Shown here: positions 1 to 12,744 of the stretch, piece by piece | Layout: each line of letters begins with the position of its first letter | Numbering within the stretch: the first letter of the stretch is position 1 | Assembly: GCF_001194135.2 (NCBI RefSeq) | Contig: NC_068981.1 | Location: 27,016,821 to 27,053,084 of the forward strand | Reading direction: 5' to 3' | Length of the DNA stretch: 36,264 nt | Origin: Octopus bimaculoides | Lineage: Eukaryota | Translations under genes and position numbers: made by a program | The notes under the pieces: model-generated | The model's input: only the letters and a program-made list of their open reading frames with translations | The model's database searches: none | Told to the model about the DNA's origin: nothing

Positions 1-139
<139 letters not shown>

Positions 140-448
140 GCATGGTTGTTTAATGTAAAATCTATTTTACTCCTATAGAATATTTAGAAATGTATCAACA
201 ATTAATTTCATACAGTAGCTTACTATCTAGACCTAGTTTTTCTCTCAAAGTTTTATATAGGCAGATGGAATGTGTCTTACTTCATCCAACTCTATATTAT
301 GCATTGTAATATGTCTAATATTCTAAGTCATATAAATACATTGAAATATTGATTTATTAGTGAAAGAAAATGAAGAAAAAATGAGTGAAGGACAACTAGA
401 AATCACATCATACCTTTCGATCAGCAAGATCTTAGGGCTTGATTTTAG

Positions 449-640
449 GTGTGTGTGTGTGTGTGTATATATTATATAAATATGTGTGTATATGCGTATA
501 TGCACACATACACACATATACATAATACATATATGCATATATACGTGTGTGTATGTCTGTGTCTCTGCCTGTCTGTCTGTCTGTCTGTGTGTGTGCGCTT
601 ACACGGCTATATATGCATATTTATGCGCACACATTTATAC
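449..640. repeat. Mixed TG/TA/CA/TCTG low-complexity tract
   Basis: Alternating dinucleotide and tetranucleotide simple repeats; source of ORFs 323..538 and 449..688. Confidence 0.9.
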
Positions 641-691
641 AAACCTAAGTTCTTACTGATAACTGAATTGTTTCACAGAAATTCATAGACG

Positions 692-925
692 AAAGCGGTG
701 AGCCGTCAGAAACTTTAGCGCGCCGGGAGAAATGCTTAGCGGTATTTCGTCAGTCGTTACGTTCTGAGTTCAAATTTCCTCGAGGTCGACTTTGCCTTTC
801 ATCCTTTCGGGGTCGATAAATTGTTTACCAGTTGCACACTGGGGTCGATGTAATCGACTTAATCCCTTTGTCTGTCCTTGTTTGTCCCCTCTATGTTTAG
901 CCCCTTGTGGGCAATAAAGAAATAT
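692..925 (+). mobile_element. tRNA-derived SINE, family 1, tail type A, near full length
   Basis: Head gcggtgagccgtcagaaactttagc, B-box-like gagttcaaat, core gtcgactttgcctttcatcctttcggggtcgataaa and tail ...ccccttgtgggcaataaagaaata. Exact 14-bp TSD gaaattcatagacg at 678-691 and 926-939. Same core recurs many times in the window. Confidence 0.93.
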
Positions 926-1099
926 GAAATTCATAGACGTTCCAAGTAGTTTCTGCTTCTCGTCAAAGGCGGAAGAGCAGGTTTTATTCAGTGTGATTGG
1001 GGTGATATTGCGTTAATTTTTCTTGTAAATATAAAACAATGCATAATACTTCCTCTAGAAGGTTGTTTATCCGTCCCATCTCACTTAACGTCTCATATA

Positions 1100-1438
1100 N
1101 NNNNNNNNNNNNNNNNNNNNNNNNNNNNNNNNNNNNNNNNNNNNNNNNNNNNNNNNNNNNNNNNNNNNNNNNNNNNNNNNNNNNNNNNNNNNNNNNNNNN
1201 NNNNNNNNNNNNNNNNNNNNNNNNNNNNNNNNNNNNNNNNNNNNNNNNNNNNNNNNNNNNNNNNNNNNNNNNNNNNNNNNNNNNNNNNNNNNNNNNNNNN
1301 NNNNNNNNNNNNNNNNNNNNNNNNNNNNNNNNNNNNNNNNNNNNNNNNNNNNNNNNNNNNNNNNNNNNNNNNNNNNNNNNNNNNNNNNNNNNNNNNNNNN
1401 NNNNNNNNNNNNNNNNNNNNNNNNNNNNNNNNNNNNNN
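1100..1438. other. Assembly gap (N run)
   Basis: N run with TA-rich flanks. Other gaps: 7495-7663, 8401-8410, 10913-11583, 14961-15009, 21587-22384, 22902-23410, 25185-25961, 32543-32726. Confidence 1.
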
Positions 1439-3694
1439 ATATATATATGGTAACCAACTGGTAACTGTTACGCAATTCCCTAATTTTCTAAAAATTGTAA
1501 TCAAATCTTTCACAAATCGCACATCACAACAGATGATGAATCGTCTCAATGGGCGTCACGAAGGCGATATTTCTAAACACACTTCTGTTTCAAAACGCTG
1601 AAAACAAGATGATCTACTTTTCATGAACTTTTATCGCAATTTTCGCTTATTTCCGTTTACTTTACATTCTTTTAACTAGAAGGAACCATTATCATTGTGG
1701 AGCTGAAAGAATGTGGCATACTTTTGTGGAGTCATTCTTATATACTGATTTTCAAAGTTAAATATTTTTTACGTCAATATTTTCAGCGATTCCATCTCAA
1801 CAAATAACTGTTCTAAGTTATAGAAAAGATTGCAGTGAATCCGGTTCCAGTCGCAGGATCTATATATAAATGTTCCGAATGAATATCTAATGCACTGAAC
1901 TTAACATCTGAGAAATGTTGTAAGTGATGTGTGCTTTCTGTCTTGTTTTGTCTAAAACATAAATGACTATTAATCCCACACTCAAACTAGATGTGTGTTT
2001 ATATAAATATATCTGCTCACACACATACAAAGACACACGCATGCAAACAAACAAAAAGAAAACACATACGCACATATGCATTCCCATGTGTGCTCCTATG
2101 CACACTCATGCCCACGCACGCACACAGGAGCACATACACACACAGACACATCAATTTCTGGAAACCTTGCAGTTAGGACTAGGTTTCTATATTCAGCTCA
2201 TATTCGGGAGCTGAAACGAGGCTAATCTACTTTCAATTCTTCTTCTCGTGGCTATGCCAATGAAAGCGGCGTAAAATACATTTAAATACTAAACGTTAGC
2301 ATGGATGTCTGCAAACCAACTTCTTACTGTACAACATTTACATCACTATACATATATGCGAACTTATTCATCAGTCAGTGTTTTGCTCTAAGTCTGCCTG
2401 TGATTAAGAAATATTGCTCAAATTGTGTATGATACTCCTTGTAATAATATTATTTAAATGAGAATAATGAAGATTTATGTTCGTGACACTAAAATACTGA
2501 GTCAATGCGTAGTTTATTCTGTTAATGTGATATTATTTGCGTCAAGATAAATTATATTTTCACAATATCTTTATCTGACATATCTGTTTATATTTGAAAT
2601 AGGATAGCAAACTACGGAAAAACAACATAGATTATAAACGCGTTATAGATATTGATGAAGGGATAAGGTATTTTGCTTAAGGGATGTATTATCATTCAAA
2701 TAAAGGACATTTTCTGATCTGTCTATATGTTTGTCTGTCTAAACACACAACACAACGCCAACACAATATACAATCATATATAAGCACGTTTACAATGCTA
2801 GAGAGGTTGTAAAAATATATATTATATGGTGTCACCATGAGTGATCAAAATAACAAATAAAATGATAAAAAAAATAACACTTCTCAAATAAAAAATGGAA
2901 ATGAGAAATATCAATTCCCAAAACGAGGCAACCAATTTTGGAATTCAGGATATAAAGAATGTATTACTTTATTACTTTCACATGACTTATTGAAGAGAGG
3001 CAGATAGGCAAATAACTATATCTTTCAGTGTCTTCGCGATTGTTGTTAAAAAGAAGGGGAATTGACACCAAACAAGAATCCTGACCCAAATAATTGCAGT
3101 ATTGTGAACTCCGCTAAAGATAAATGAAAACCGAATAATGGTATTAAACAGGAAGACGGATAGAAATATGTGACCCAAATTAAGTAGAACCCAATATTTC
3201 ATTAGTCGTAATATTTATCGACTACGGAAATCGATTCAAACAAAATTTGTGCTGATTATAAATGTAGAGTAAGATATTTCATCCGGGGCTTTCAATGCTT
3301 CCTTAGTTGCCCAAACAGCCTACGTAAAGCGAAATTCACTGGAGACGTTCTTAGATATACACCTCAACCACTGGTTAATACCTTATTTCAATTTGATTAA
3401 AATCAGTATTATTGCCCTCTGTATCATATCAGCTATGCCTTCGAAAGAGTCTGGCTCGAATTTTCTACTAAACACCATTTGTGTATGTATTCTATCCGTT
3501 TCTTACCTATTCAGTCAAAAGTGTCAGATTGCAGTGTCACGAAAGATCTTTAAAACATTCTCCCTGATACACGTTTTTAACTAGGATATGCTTCGGGTTT
3601 CCCTGATGTTATACCCTCAGTCCTCTTGCACAACCCCAATTTACTTCCTGTCACGTTACAAAACTTCCGCCTGTGTTGTTGTTGGCACTCTGTC

Positions 3695-4478
3695 GCTTAC
3701 GACTGGTATGGCTAAAATATTAATCGATTCGTTCGTGTTTCTTGCATTCAGTTCTATCTTGGGTATTGCTCTTACTCTGCAATAACATTCTCTTCTGATC
3801 CTTTCTCTCATCACTGAATGTTTGTCTGATTCCGTCCCTTCAAATAACACTAGGTATTTGTAGCTCTCTGCGGGTTCTACCTCCTTTATGACATTCTGCT
3901 GGTCAAGGATAACGTTAGATGTTTCTGTCATTTTGCCTTTGATTAAAGTAGCTTTTGCATATTTATCGAGGCCACATTGCATCCAGATGTCATCACTGAA
4001 TTGTTTAACAATCGCTAGTAAACCCTGTAGTTGTTGGTAATATTTTGCAAAGAGCTTTAAATCATCCATGTAAATGAGATGATTTACATTTTTATCAAAC
4101 ATTTTATAACCGTACTGTACATCATTCAGCAATTTCGAGAGATGCATTAAGGCTCGATAAAAGAGGAGTGGTGATAAAGAGTCACCCTGGAAAATGCCAC
4201 ATGAAATTACTCAATTTATGTATTTACTGTTTTGTCCCATTTAAATATTACAATTTGTAAACATTCCGATGTTGATTTCGTGTGGGTGTTTCGCATATGT
4301 TTCACTGAGCCATCGTGCATAGAAGAAACTGTAGTTTATGTGGCAGTAAAATTTCGATTTTGTGATTATTTTCGCTAAAAGTCCGCTTTCTTCAAGTCTT
4401 CCACAAGTTCCTTTATCCTGTTCAACCGACGTTATGACACTAGATTTGTTTTTGAATGGAGAGACCGGTGTAGCACAT
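3695..4478 (-). mobile_element. Degraded RLE-type (R4/Dong-like) non-LTR retrotransposon fragment, reverse transcriptase core
   Basis: Minus-strand GIFQGDSLSP (4169-4198), HLIYMDDLKLF (YMDD at 4061-4072), then SYKYL and INILAIPVVS. Weaker upstream match (DLKKA, FLLCTMAQ*N) toward the (ATT)n tract. Stops and frameshifts present. Confidence 0.9.
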
Positions 4479-4479
4479 C

Positions 4480-4623
<144 letters not shown>

Positions 4624-4819
4624 TGTATTTCTTATCCTAATTCAAAATATTCGTTCCCAGTCTTGAAGCCTCTGAAGCTCACGAATCAAAATCTCTGAGT
4701 GGTGACAAACACAGTCTCAGCTTTGAATAAATACTATTACATTCATGATAATTTTCGACTATTGCAGCTCACACCAGTGTAAATCAAGCATCCAATGTAT
4801 TATATAGAGGCTCACACAT

Positions 4820-4932
4820 ATATGTGTTGCGTGTGCGCGTTATTATATACACATGTGTGTGTGTACATATATATATGTGTGTGTGTGTGTATGTATATAC
4901 TTATATATACATATATATACATACATACATAC

Positions 4933-4970
<38 letters not shown>

Positions 4971-4975
4971 ATGTA

Positions 4976-5026
<51 letters not shown>

Positions 5027-5200
5027 GTAGATAACAGCATAACATTTACTTATGAACCTATATGAATCTATGTATTCTGCCGTCTGTATATGTGTATATA
5101 TATATAATACACACACACATACACACATATATATACACATATATATGTGTGTGTTTTTGTGTGTGCGTGTGTATGTATACATATTGTATGTATATGTTAT
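4820..5200. repeat. Compound TA/TG/CA/TACA microsatellite
   Basis: Direct reading; source of six artefactual ORFs. Confidence 0.95.
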
Positions 5201-5561
5201 TTGAAGTTAAGTGTAAATAACCTTTTTTTAAGGAAACCTTATAAGCAAATGAAAAAATAATGAAAATCGTCAAAAAGATGCGAAAATAAAAATTTTAATC
5301 TTAAAATTGAAATGTAAAAAGGAATATATATCAGTTACAAACATTATATTTGCATTTTTTCAAGAATGAATAATATTCCGTCTTATATAAAAAAAAAAAA
5401 AATCTTATATAAAATATCGAGAATGAATGGAATAAAGAAAATTTTTTTTAAATATCAAGAAAATCATGGACTATTAAAATATGAGGATGAGAGTGAAAGA
5501 TAAATATAAATATATGTATAAAAGTAGTTAATAGTGAATTATTCTAAATCAATTTCGAGAA

Positions 5562-5576
5562 TCAATAATAATAATA

Positions 5577-5621
<45 letters not shown>

Positions 5622-5639
5622 TAATAATAATAATAATAA
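5562..5639. repeat. (AAT)n microsatellite
   Basis: Direct reading. Confidence 0.95.
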
Positions 5640-6513
5640 AAATGGTGTCTTCTTGTTTGAAAGAATGGAAAGTATACCGAAATAAACGAAAAACGCTATA
5701 AAAGTTCATGAAAGCAGAAGGTGTAATGTAACAATTAATTGTAATTAAGGAAGAAACCGTAGAAATGTAACATGTCGAGCGAAAGAAGATTGGTTATAAC
5801 GAACAAACAGTAAAGAAAAACAAAAATTAGACTGAAAAATAATATAAGAATAAATACCACAACGTTTTATTTTTTCTAACAATCAAGCATAGCTCTCTCT
5901 CAACAAATATAGTAAACATTGAAATAATTAAAATAAAGTATTAAAATACCAGTATCCGTATTGTTATAACATCCGCAATTAACTGTTAATGGCGTCTCTA
6001 ATTTCCTACCTGCAGGCACCAAATAACAGTTGTTGAACTTGTAAATTTATGAACTTTCTCTTCCTTACTCCCTTTCTTTGTTCAGTTTTTCTATCCGAGT
6101 ATTCCATACAATTTTTCTTTTCTTTCTTCCTCTCTTTCTTTCTTTTTCTTTTCCTGTTTTTATATCTATCCTTCTCTCCCATTTTTTCGTTGATTATTCT
6201 GTTACTTTTGTGCAATTATCTAGAAGTTATCCACATATAGAGTTTAGTTATTAGTCTCTCACCCTAGAAGGAGGTTAAGTTTTATGATAGTTGAGCTCTT
6301 AACATCTCACAGTACGTCCCAAAGTTTTCTATCCCTTTCGCTGTTGAAGCTGTTCATCATGATAACAATCCACCTCCGCCTCCTCCTCTTTCTTTTCTTC
6401 TTCCTCCGCATCATCATTTTCGTTGATGTCATTCTTGTTCGTTGTAGTAACATCTTCAACTCAAGTACGCTGCGTAAGTTAGGGATTCATTTATTTTTAA
6501 TATTCTTATATCT

Positions 6514-6961
6514 AGAAGGCAGCGAGCTGGCAGAAACGTTATCACGCCGGGAAGATGGCAGAAACGTTAGAACGCCGGGCGAAATGCTTAGCGGTATTTC
6601 GTCTGCTGCTACGTTCTGAGTTCAATTTCCGCTGAGGTTGACTTTGTCTTTCATCCTTTCGGGGTCGTTTAAATAAGAATCAGCTACGCACTGGGTTCGA
6701 TATAATCGACTTAATCTGTTTATCTGTCCTTGTTTGTCCCCTCTGTGTGTGGCCCCTTGTGGGCAGTAAAGAAATAAGAAACGTTATCACGCCAGGAGAA
6801 ATGCTTAGCGGTATTTCGTCTGTGTTTACGTTGTGAGTTCAAATTACGCTGAGGTCGACTTTGTCTCTCCTTATTTCGGAGTCGATAAATTAAGTACCAG
6901 TTGCATACTGGGGGCGATCTAATCCCCCCAAATTTCGAGCCACTTACCTAGAGTACAAAAG
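6514..6961 (+). mobile_element. Family-1 SINE (tail type B) interrupted by a second family-1 SINE
   Basis: Head gaaggcagcgagctggcagaaacgtt, tail ...ccccccaaatttcgagccacttacctagagtacaaaag. Outer 15-bp TSD aatattcttatatct at 6499-6513 and 6962-6976. Confidence 0.9.
6555..6777 (+). mobile_element. Inner family-1 SINE (tail type A), slightly 5'-truncated
   Basis: Core and tail ...ccccttgtgggcagtaaagaaataa, bracketed by 16-bp direct repeat gaaacgttatcacgcc at 6533-6548 and 6778-6793. Confidence 0.85.
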
Positions 6962-7288
6962 AATATTCTTATATCTTGGCTCAGTTTCATGGTAAATATA
7001 TATAAATTACGTATTGTGAAGTAACCAACATCTTTGTGAACTGTGTAACACTCTTTGATCTGGAAATTTCTAAGCAAAATGCTGAACACATTTGTTTACG
7101 AAAAGCAAGAATTTGAAAGATGTAGGCTTCTAATAGATCGTAATAAATGGCGAAAAAGGTAAGATTTTAAAAGAAGTTTGGAACCTATCCTTGATACTCT
7201 CTTCCTCAGTCAATCAAGTAACAAAGAATTATTCTGACTCAAAGAGAAAATGTTGAAAAGCTACACAGTCGCTGTCACGAGCAGAGAG

Positions 7289-7353
<65 letters not shown>

Positions 7354-7361
7354 ACAACAAC
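7289..7361. repeat. (CAT)n followed by (CAA)n microsatellite
   Basis: Direct reading. Confidence 0.95.
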
Positions 7362-7674
7362 AAAAGGAAAATCAGCTTCAACTACAACAAAAAATGCATC
7401 AACAGAAACAACAGCAGTAACAACGAATAGTAGAGAAATTAACATACAAAGATGTTGGGGGGACAAACACAGACACACAAACACACACACACACNNNNNN
7501 NNNNNNNNNNNNNNNNNNNNNNNNNNNNNNNNNNNNNNNNNNNNNNNNNNNNNNNNNNNNNNNNNNNNNNNNNNNNNNNNNNNNNNNNNNNNNNNNNNNN
7601 NNNNNNNNNNNNNNNNNNNNNNNNNNNNNNNNNNNNNNNNNNNNNNNNNNNNNNNNNNNNNNNTATATATATAT

Positions 7675-7839
7675 AAGACGGGCATCTTTCAGTTTCCGTC
7701 TACCAAATTCACTCACAAGGCTTTGGTCGACCCGAGGCTATAAGAGAAGACACTTGCCCAGAGAGCTACGCAGTGGGACTAAACCCGGAACATTGTAGTT
7801 GGTAAACAAGCTACTTACCACACAGCCACTCCTACGCCT
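7675..7839 (-). mobile_element. tRNA-derived SINE, family 2, 5' half
   Basis: Reverse complement reads aggcgtaggagtggctgtgtggtaag (A-box-like)...ccgggtttagtccc (B-box-like)...ggcaagtgtcttct...ccaaagccttgtgagtg...ggaaactgaaaga. Homologous to 23492-23612; runs into (TA)n and a gap. Confidence 0.88.
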
Positions 7840-8281
7840 GCGCTTTACGAAGGATATTTAAGAGGAGAGTGTAAATATGAAAACGAATAAGTTGGAAACC
7901 GAACTGCCTGCCTTTCCTCAGGAATAAGTTAAGTATCCCCTTACATCCAACAGCGTTACTCAGAATAGGGAACCGCACAACGACCTCAATTTACAAAATA
8001 TACATGCGGTGGACATTAGAGAGCTCAGAATTTCCGAGGCGCAGAGCAATCATGCCAACGGTTCATTTAGACGGGAAAGGCACGCAGATTTTAACTGTTT
8101 TGTGGCAATGCCGAATGCACTTGTGTACTAGGCAAGCTTAAGGCTGTTGCAAAAATTCGAAGTGGCCCATGTCCGCACGAACTACTTTAATCTTTACTTG
8201 TAAAGGAAACTAAGCGTTGAGGAAAGGTTATGCTCAATAGCAAATTATTCTCTATCTGTGTGGATGCGTATATGCACACAC

Positions 8282-8410
8282 CCATCCATCCATCCATCCA
8301 TCCATCCATCCATCCATCCATACATACATACATACATGTATATATGTGTGTGCGTATATATATAACTTAGATTGGTTTGGACCATTATCGGCCCAGGCCA
8401 NNNNNNNNNN

Positions 8411-8454
<44 letters not shown>

Positions 8455-8471
8455 GTGTGTGTGTGTGTATG

Positions 8472-8518
<47 letters not shown>

Positions 8519-8530
8519 ATGTATGTACAT
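8282..8530. repeat. (CCAT)n/(TACA)n/(GT)n/(TATG)n compound repeat around a 10-N gap
   Basis: Direct reading. Confidence 0.9.
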
Positions 8531-8685
8531 ATGAATTCCGTTTACGGTTAGGGGTTTGCCAATAAACCTCTCATTTCATAATGCCGGCTACAGTCTAATG
8601 ATACAGAATAGTCAGAATAGTCAGTCAGTTTTTGGGGGTTGCATCATGGTTATATCGATATAAGGTAGGATAAATATAATAATAA

Positions 8686-9084
8686 TAGCAGTAATTCTAG
8701 GATTGAATTTATAAATATTTAATACATCGCTACGCACGTTTCCACAAATCACATGATTTGACATTAGAGTCGGTTTCCTTGGGACTAGACCAGTATAGTT
8801 CGTATTATCCATGGGTATCCAGTTGATCATCATCATCATTGATTCATTTCATCAGGCGATACAACATTAGTGGATGAATCACAGAAGTATGTATATTTCT
8901 TCATACTGATACTGGGAAGAAGAGATATCTCTGATAAAATTAATCAATGATGGCAATCGACAGGATGCCTACGGGTAATACGGACTATACAGTAATAATC
9001 CCAAGAAAACCGACTCTGATGTCAAAATCATGGGATTTGTAGATACGTGCGTAGCGATAAATTCCATCTTAGGATTACTGTTAT
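8686..9084. repeat. Long imperfect inverted repeat (foldback/MITE-like)
   Basis: Arms about 8686-8860 and 8927-9084. Core 8726-8783 vs 9000-9058 differs by 5 mismatches and 1 indel on manual alignment. Confidence 0.9.
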
Positions 9085-9252
9085 ATATATATATATATGT
9101 ATATATGTATATATATAAATAAATCAGGCGGTAGCATGGTCGTAATCAAATGTCTTAAACAAATAACTGAATAAAACAATATATCCCTGAACTCGCGCGC
9201 GCGCGTGTGTGCGAGTCATCTGCGTAATTTTGTTCTCGATGTTATGGAACGT

Positions 9253-9297
<45 letters not shown>

Positions 9298-10844
9298 TTT
9301 TGTTTTCTTATGTTCTGCTTCGAAACTTTGCTGATTTTCATGACACCTACGATTATTGTATGAACTAAATGACAGTTATAAACCCGAGATATCTTAACGC
9401 TGATATATATGCCCGTTTGTACCCAGCAACCGAAATCCAGTTTATTATTATTGCGAAGAATTAATTCAAATGCTATAATTTTTAATGAGAATCTTTTCCC
9501 TATTGTTCAAATCATATCTTTGTTTATGGTCGTGTCACTCTCGTCCAATTTCATTGCTATTATTTTCATCGTACATAAGTGGTTAATGTCCTGTTTTATA
9601 TCACTTATATTTATTTACTCTGTGATACTAATTTTAAATGAATTTACATATTTTTCCTATTTTTTCCTGTGTTTATATACTTAATATATTTGTTCATCAA
9701 GAGAATACTTTGCGCATTTATAATTATCTTCTCGTTTGTTTTTGCGTTTCTATTTCTCCGTTTTAAATATGAAACCTTTAACATTGGAAATGTAGCAGAG
9801 GTCTAAACTGAATTTTCTTTTGCATGAATACATTTATATATAAATGAACAGTTGATAATTGTGCAACATGCATTAATTTAAATGTAGAATATTAGAAAAA
9901 TTATAAAAATACATTTATTTAGATATAATCTATTACGTTTCTTTCTTCTTTTCTAAGTCTTAGTTTCCGGTACCCCAAATGTATACAATACCTACAATAT
10001 CATGCATGTGACATTCCGGATATATTTATTGTGCTTTTGTTTTCTTTCTCTCTAACAAATGGTGGCAGCTGCGTATTTAAACTATGAAGTTACGCATTAT
10101 CGTACAACTGTACGTCGCCCAAAAGAAAGGTAAAATTAGACCGACCTTTCGAGTGAACCCTTTATAAAAGTTGTGTAAAAAAAAATAAATTATGCAAGAA
10201 TAACGAAGCAAGAAAAGAGACGATACCACGCATATCTTTCGATTACACGCGGTGTGTGTGTGTGTATGTGTGTGTGTGTGTGTGTGAATATCTGTGTGTG
10301 TGTGTGTGATTGTGTGAGTGTGTGTGTACGTACGTGAATGTATAGACAACACACACCCCAAACACATATGCATAGCATTATTTGAACTTACCCATATTAA
10401 TACAACCAACCTGTCTGAATAATGTTTTTTTTTTTCTTTCTATTATCCAAATTAATCAGTTCCTGAAATGTTTTCCGGTAGCATTTTTAACTATATGTTG
10501 AAATATTATGACTACCTAGATCATTGTCGTACAGTGCTATGCCGATAACTTCAATTAAGGCATAAGCACGCGCTTATAACTTGCTGCCTTCAGAAGGCAA
10601 ATAGACCGCCATTTGACGTTATGGCACGTGAATTCGTAAAATTGGTTGGTCACTTGAGACTTCCATACCTTTCATTCTTAACTTGTTTAAAATTATCCTT
10701 GGGTGCTTTCACAGTTTATTTTGAAGCGAAGATGATTTTAATATATCACAAATTTATCTTGTATGAGTTTTACATTTCTTTGTCAATATCAAAGTTCATG
10801 CCACTGGTCAATCAGAGATCCTTATCTTGTCGTATTTTTCATCA

Positions 10845-10912
10845 TTTCTCTCTCTCTCTGTATGTCTGTCTGTCTCTCTCTCTCTCCCTCTCTCTCTCCC
10901 TCTCTCTCTCTC
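10845..10912. repeat. (CT)n/(CTGT)n tract before a gap
   Basis: Direct reading; (GT)n resumes at 11584-11615. Confidence 0.95.
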
Positions 10913-11583
10913 NNNNNNNNNNNNNNNNNNNNNNNNNNNNNNNNNNNNNNNNNNNNNNNNNNNNNNNNNNNNNNNNNNNNNNNNNNNNNNNNNNNNNNNN
11001 NNNNNNNNNNNNNNNNNNNNNNNNNNNNNNNNNNNNNNNNNNNNNNNNNNNNNNNNNNNNNNNNNNNNNNNNNNNNNNNNNNNNNNNNNNNNNNNNNNNN
11101 NNNNNNNNNNNNNNNNNNNNNNNNNNNNNNNNNNNNNNNNNNNNNNNNNNNNNNNNNNNNNNNNNNNNNNNNNNNNNNNNNNNNNNNNNNNNNNNNNNNN
11201 NNNNNNNNNNNNNNNNNNNNNNNNNNNNNNNNNNNNNNNNNNNNNNNNNNNNNNNNNNNNNNNNNNNNNNNNNNNNNNNNNNNNNNNNNNNNNNNNNNNN
11301 NNNNNNNNNNNNNNNNNNNNNNNNNNNNNNNNNNNNNNNNNNNNNNNNNNNNNNNNNNNNNNNNNNNNNNNNNNNNNNNNNNNNNNNNNNNNNNNNNNNN
11401 NNNNNNNNNNNNNNNNNNNNNNNNNNNNNNNNNNNNNNNNNNNNNNNNNNNNNNNNNNNNNNNNNNNNNNNNNNNNNNNNNNNNNNNNNNNNNNNNNNNN
11501 NNNNNNNNNNNNNNNNNNNNNNNNNNNNNNNNNNNNNNNNNNNNNNNNNNNNNNNNNNNNNNNNNNNNNNNNNNNNNNNNNNN

Positions 11584-11617
<34 letters not shown>

Positions 11618-12744
11618 CAAAGTAAAGTTGGGGGTTACCGCCCGAATCAAAATATAAGGAAAGGAATCTGAAAATGCAGGAGTCTTTTTAAAATACTTAT
11701 TAGCTGAACTGGTTTCCCTTATTTAAAAAGATTTTCAAATGTAAAGTATGAGGTTTTATGTAACCTCTGCGGTGTCAAAAATTAGTTTACATAAATATAT
11801 TGAAATCAATTGATTGAGTCTTTGACAATTATAAGAAAAAGTTTGACGCTTTGTCTATCCTCTGTGATGGGTAAAAAAAATAGTTTACATTAAAACATTC
11901 AGATCAGGTAATAATTTTTTTACAATGATAAGAAGATAAAAACTAGTTGGCATAAATATATGGAAATCAAGCAATAGAGTTTTTGACAAGAAGATAAAAC
12001 GTGTCTGGTTTGTCAATCAGTGGGTGCCAAAGTTTTAGTTTCACTGTGATCAGAGACCATACTTGTTTACAGCATCTTAAATTGAAAGAAAGGTGAGTGA
12101 AGAAATAACAGACCATTTATAGTTCTCGGATCTGGCTGAAGGGTCTCGCATCGGGATGGAATTTGACAGTTACCACTATTTTATATAGAGATGGTGGCTC
12201 AAAATTGCCTTCTTTTTAAAAAGCAATGTGGTCGGTTGATGGCAGTCACATGATTAAATGGTAATTTACGATTGTTCCGAACTCTGATAGTTGTTGTGGA
12301 GCCAAGAAAGGCTTGTTTGGTGATCTGGGGTTTAATGTATGACTCATTAGTAAAGAATGGTGTATATTTGCGTGTAAACGCATAAGTGTGTGTATGTGTG
12401 TGTGTGTGTATTTTTTCTGGTTAGTGCTCTGTGTGTGTGCACGTGGGTCTGTGTGTGTGTTTGTGTATGTGTGTGTGCTATATCTGTGTTCGGAATGTCT
12501 TTGCACAGGGGCCACCATCCGGACTCCCACCTTCGCCGTAAACAAAAAATTATCTTCTCTCTTCCCTTCTTTGTACCATCTGAGCACAACTCACCTTCTT
12601 TCTTCATCTAATACCTATCTCACCGCCTCTCTTCCTTTTCTACCACCCACAGGATGGACCTAACCATTAACTAGCAAGTATTTTGATTTGACAAATACAA
12701 AACTACTAATATCATAATCCGATCAGGTAATATGTATAGCGACG

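Noticed and set aside
692-800. tRNA gene calls for SINE heads with A/B-box-like motifs
   Set aside because: No cloverleaf; they continue into SINE body and tail and are multi-copy.
984-1099. Peptide YETLSEMGRINNLLEEVLCIVLYLQEKLTQYHPNHTE (minus strand)
   Set aside because: Short, truncated by a gap, no recognisable family and no visible splice context.
1480-1600. TSQQMMNRLNGRHEGDI, faintly like a Penelope GIY-YIG endonuclease segment
   Set aside because: No GIY/YIG motif or RT nearby; similarity too weak without a profile search.
5995-6050. Good acceptor (ctaatttcctacctgcag) then HQITVVELVNL*
   Set aside because: Weak donor, tiny peptide, no homology; such signals occur by chance.
6330-6460. 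Acidic/basic low-complexity reading (NDDAEEEEKKRRRRR) on the minus strand
   Set aside because: Degenerate CTT/CTC/CAT triplet simplicity, not a supported exon.
6533-6793. CRISPR-like or satellite interpretation of the recurring gaaacgtta..acgcc repeats
   Set aside because: They are SINE head sequence and a TSD, not regularly spaced repeats with unique spacers.
7250-7420. Poly-His/poly-Gln mini-ORF (M...HHHH...QQQQKENQLQLQQKMHQQKQQQ*)
   Set aside because: Explained by (CAT)n/(CAA)n decay; short and without supporting gene structure.
7929-8130. 67-codon stop-free plus frame (VKYPLTSN...NALVY)
   Set aside because: No start, no convincing donor and no recognisable domain.
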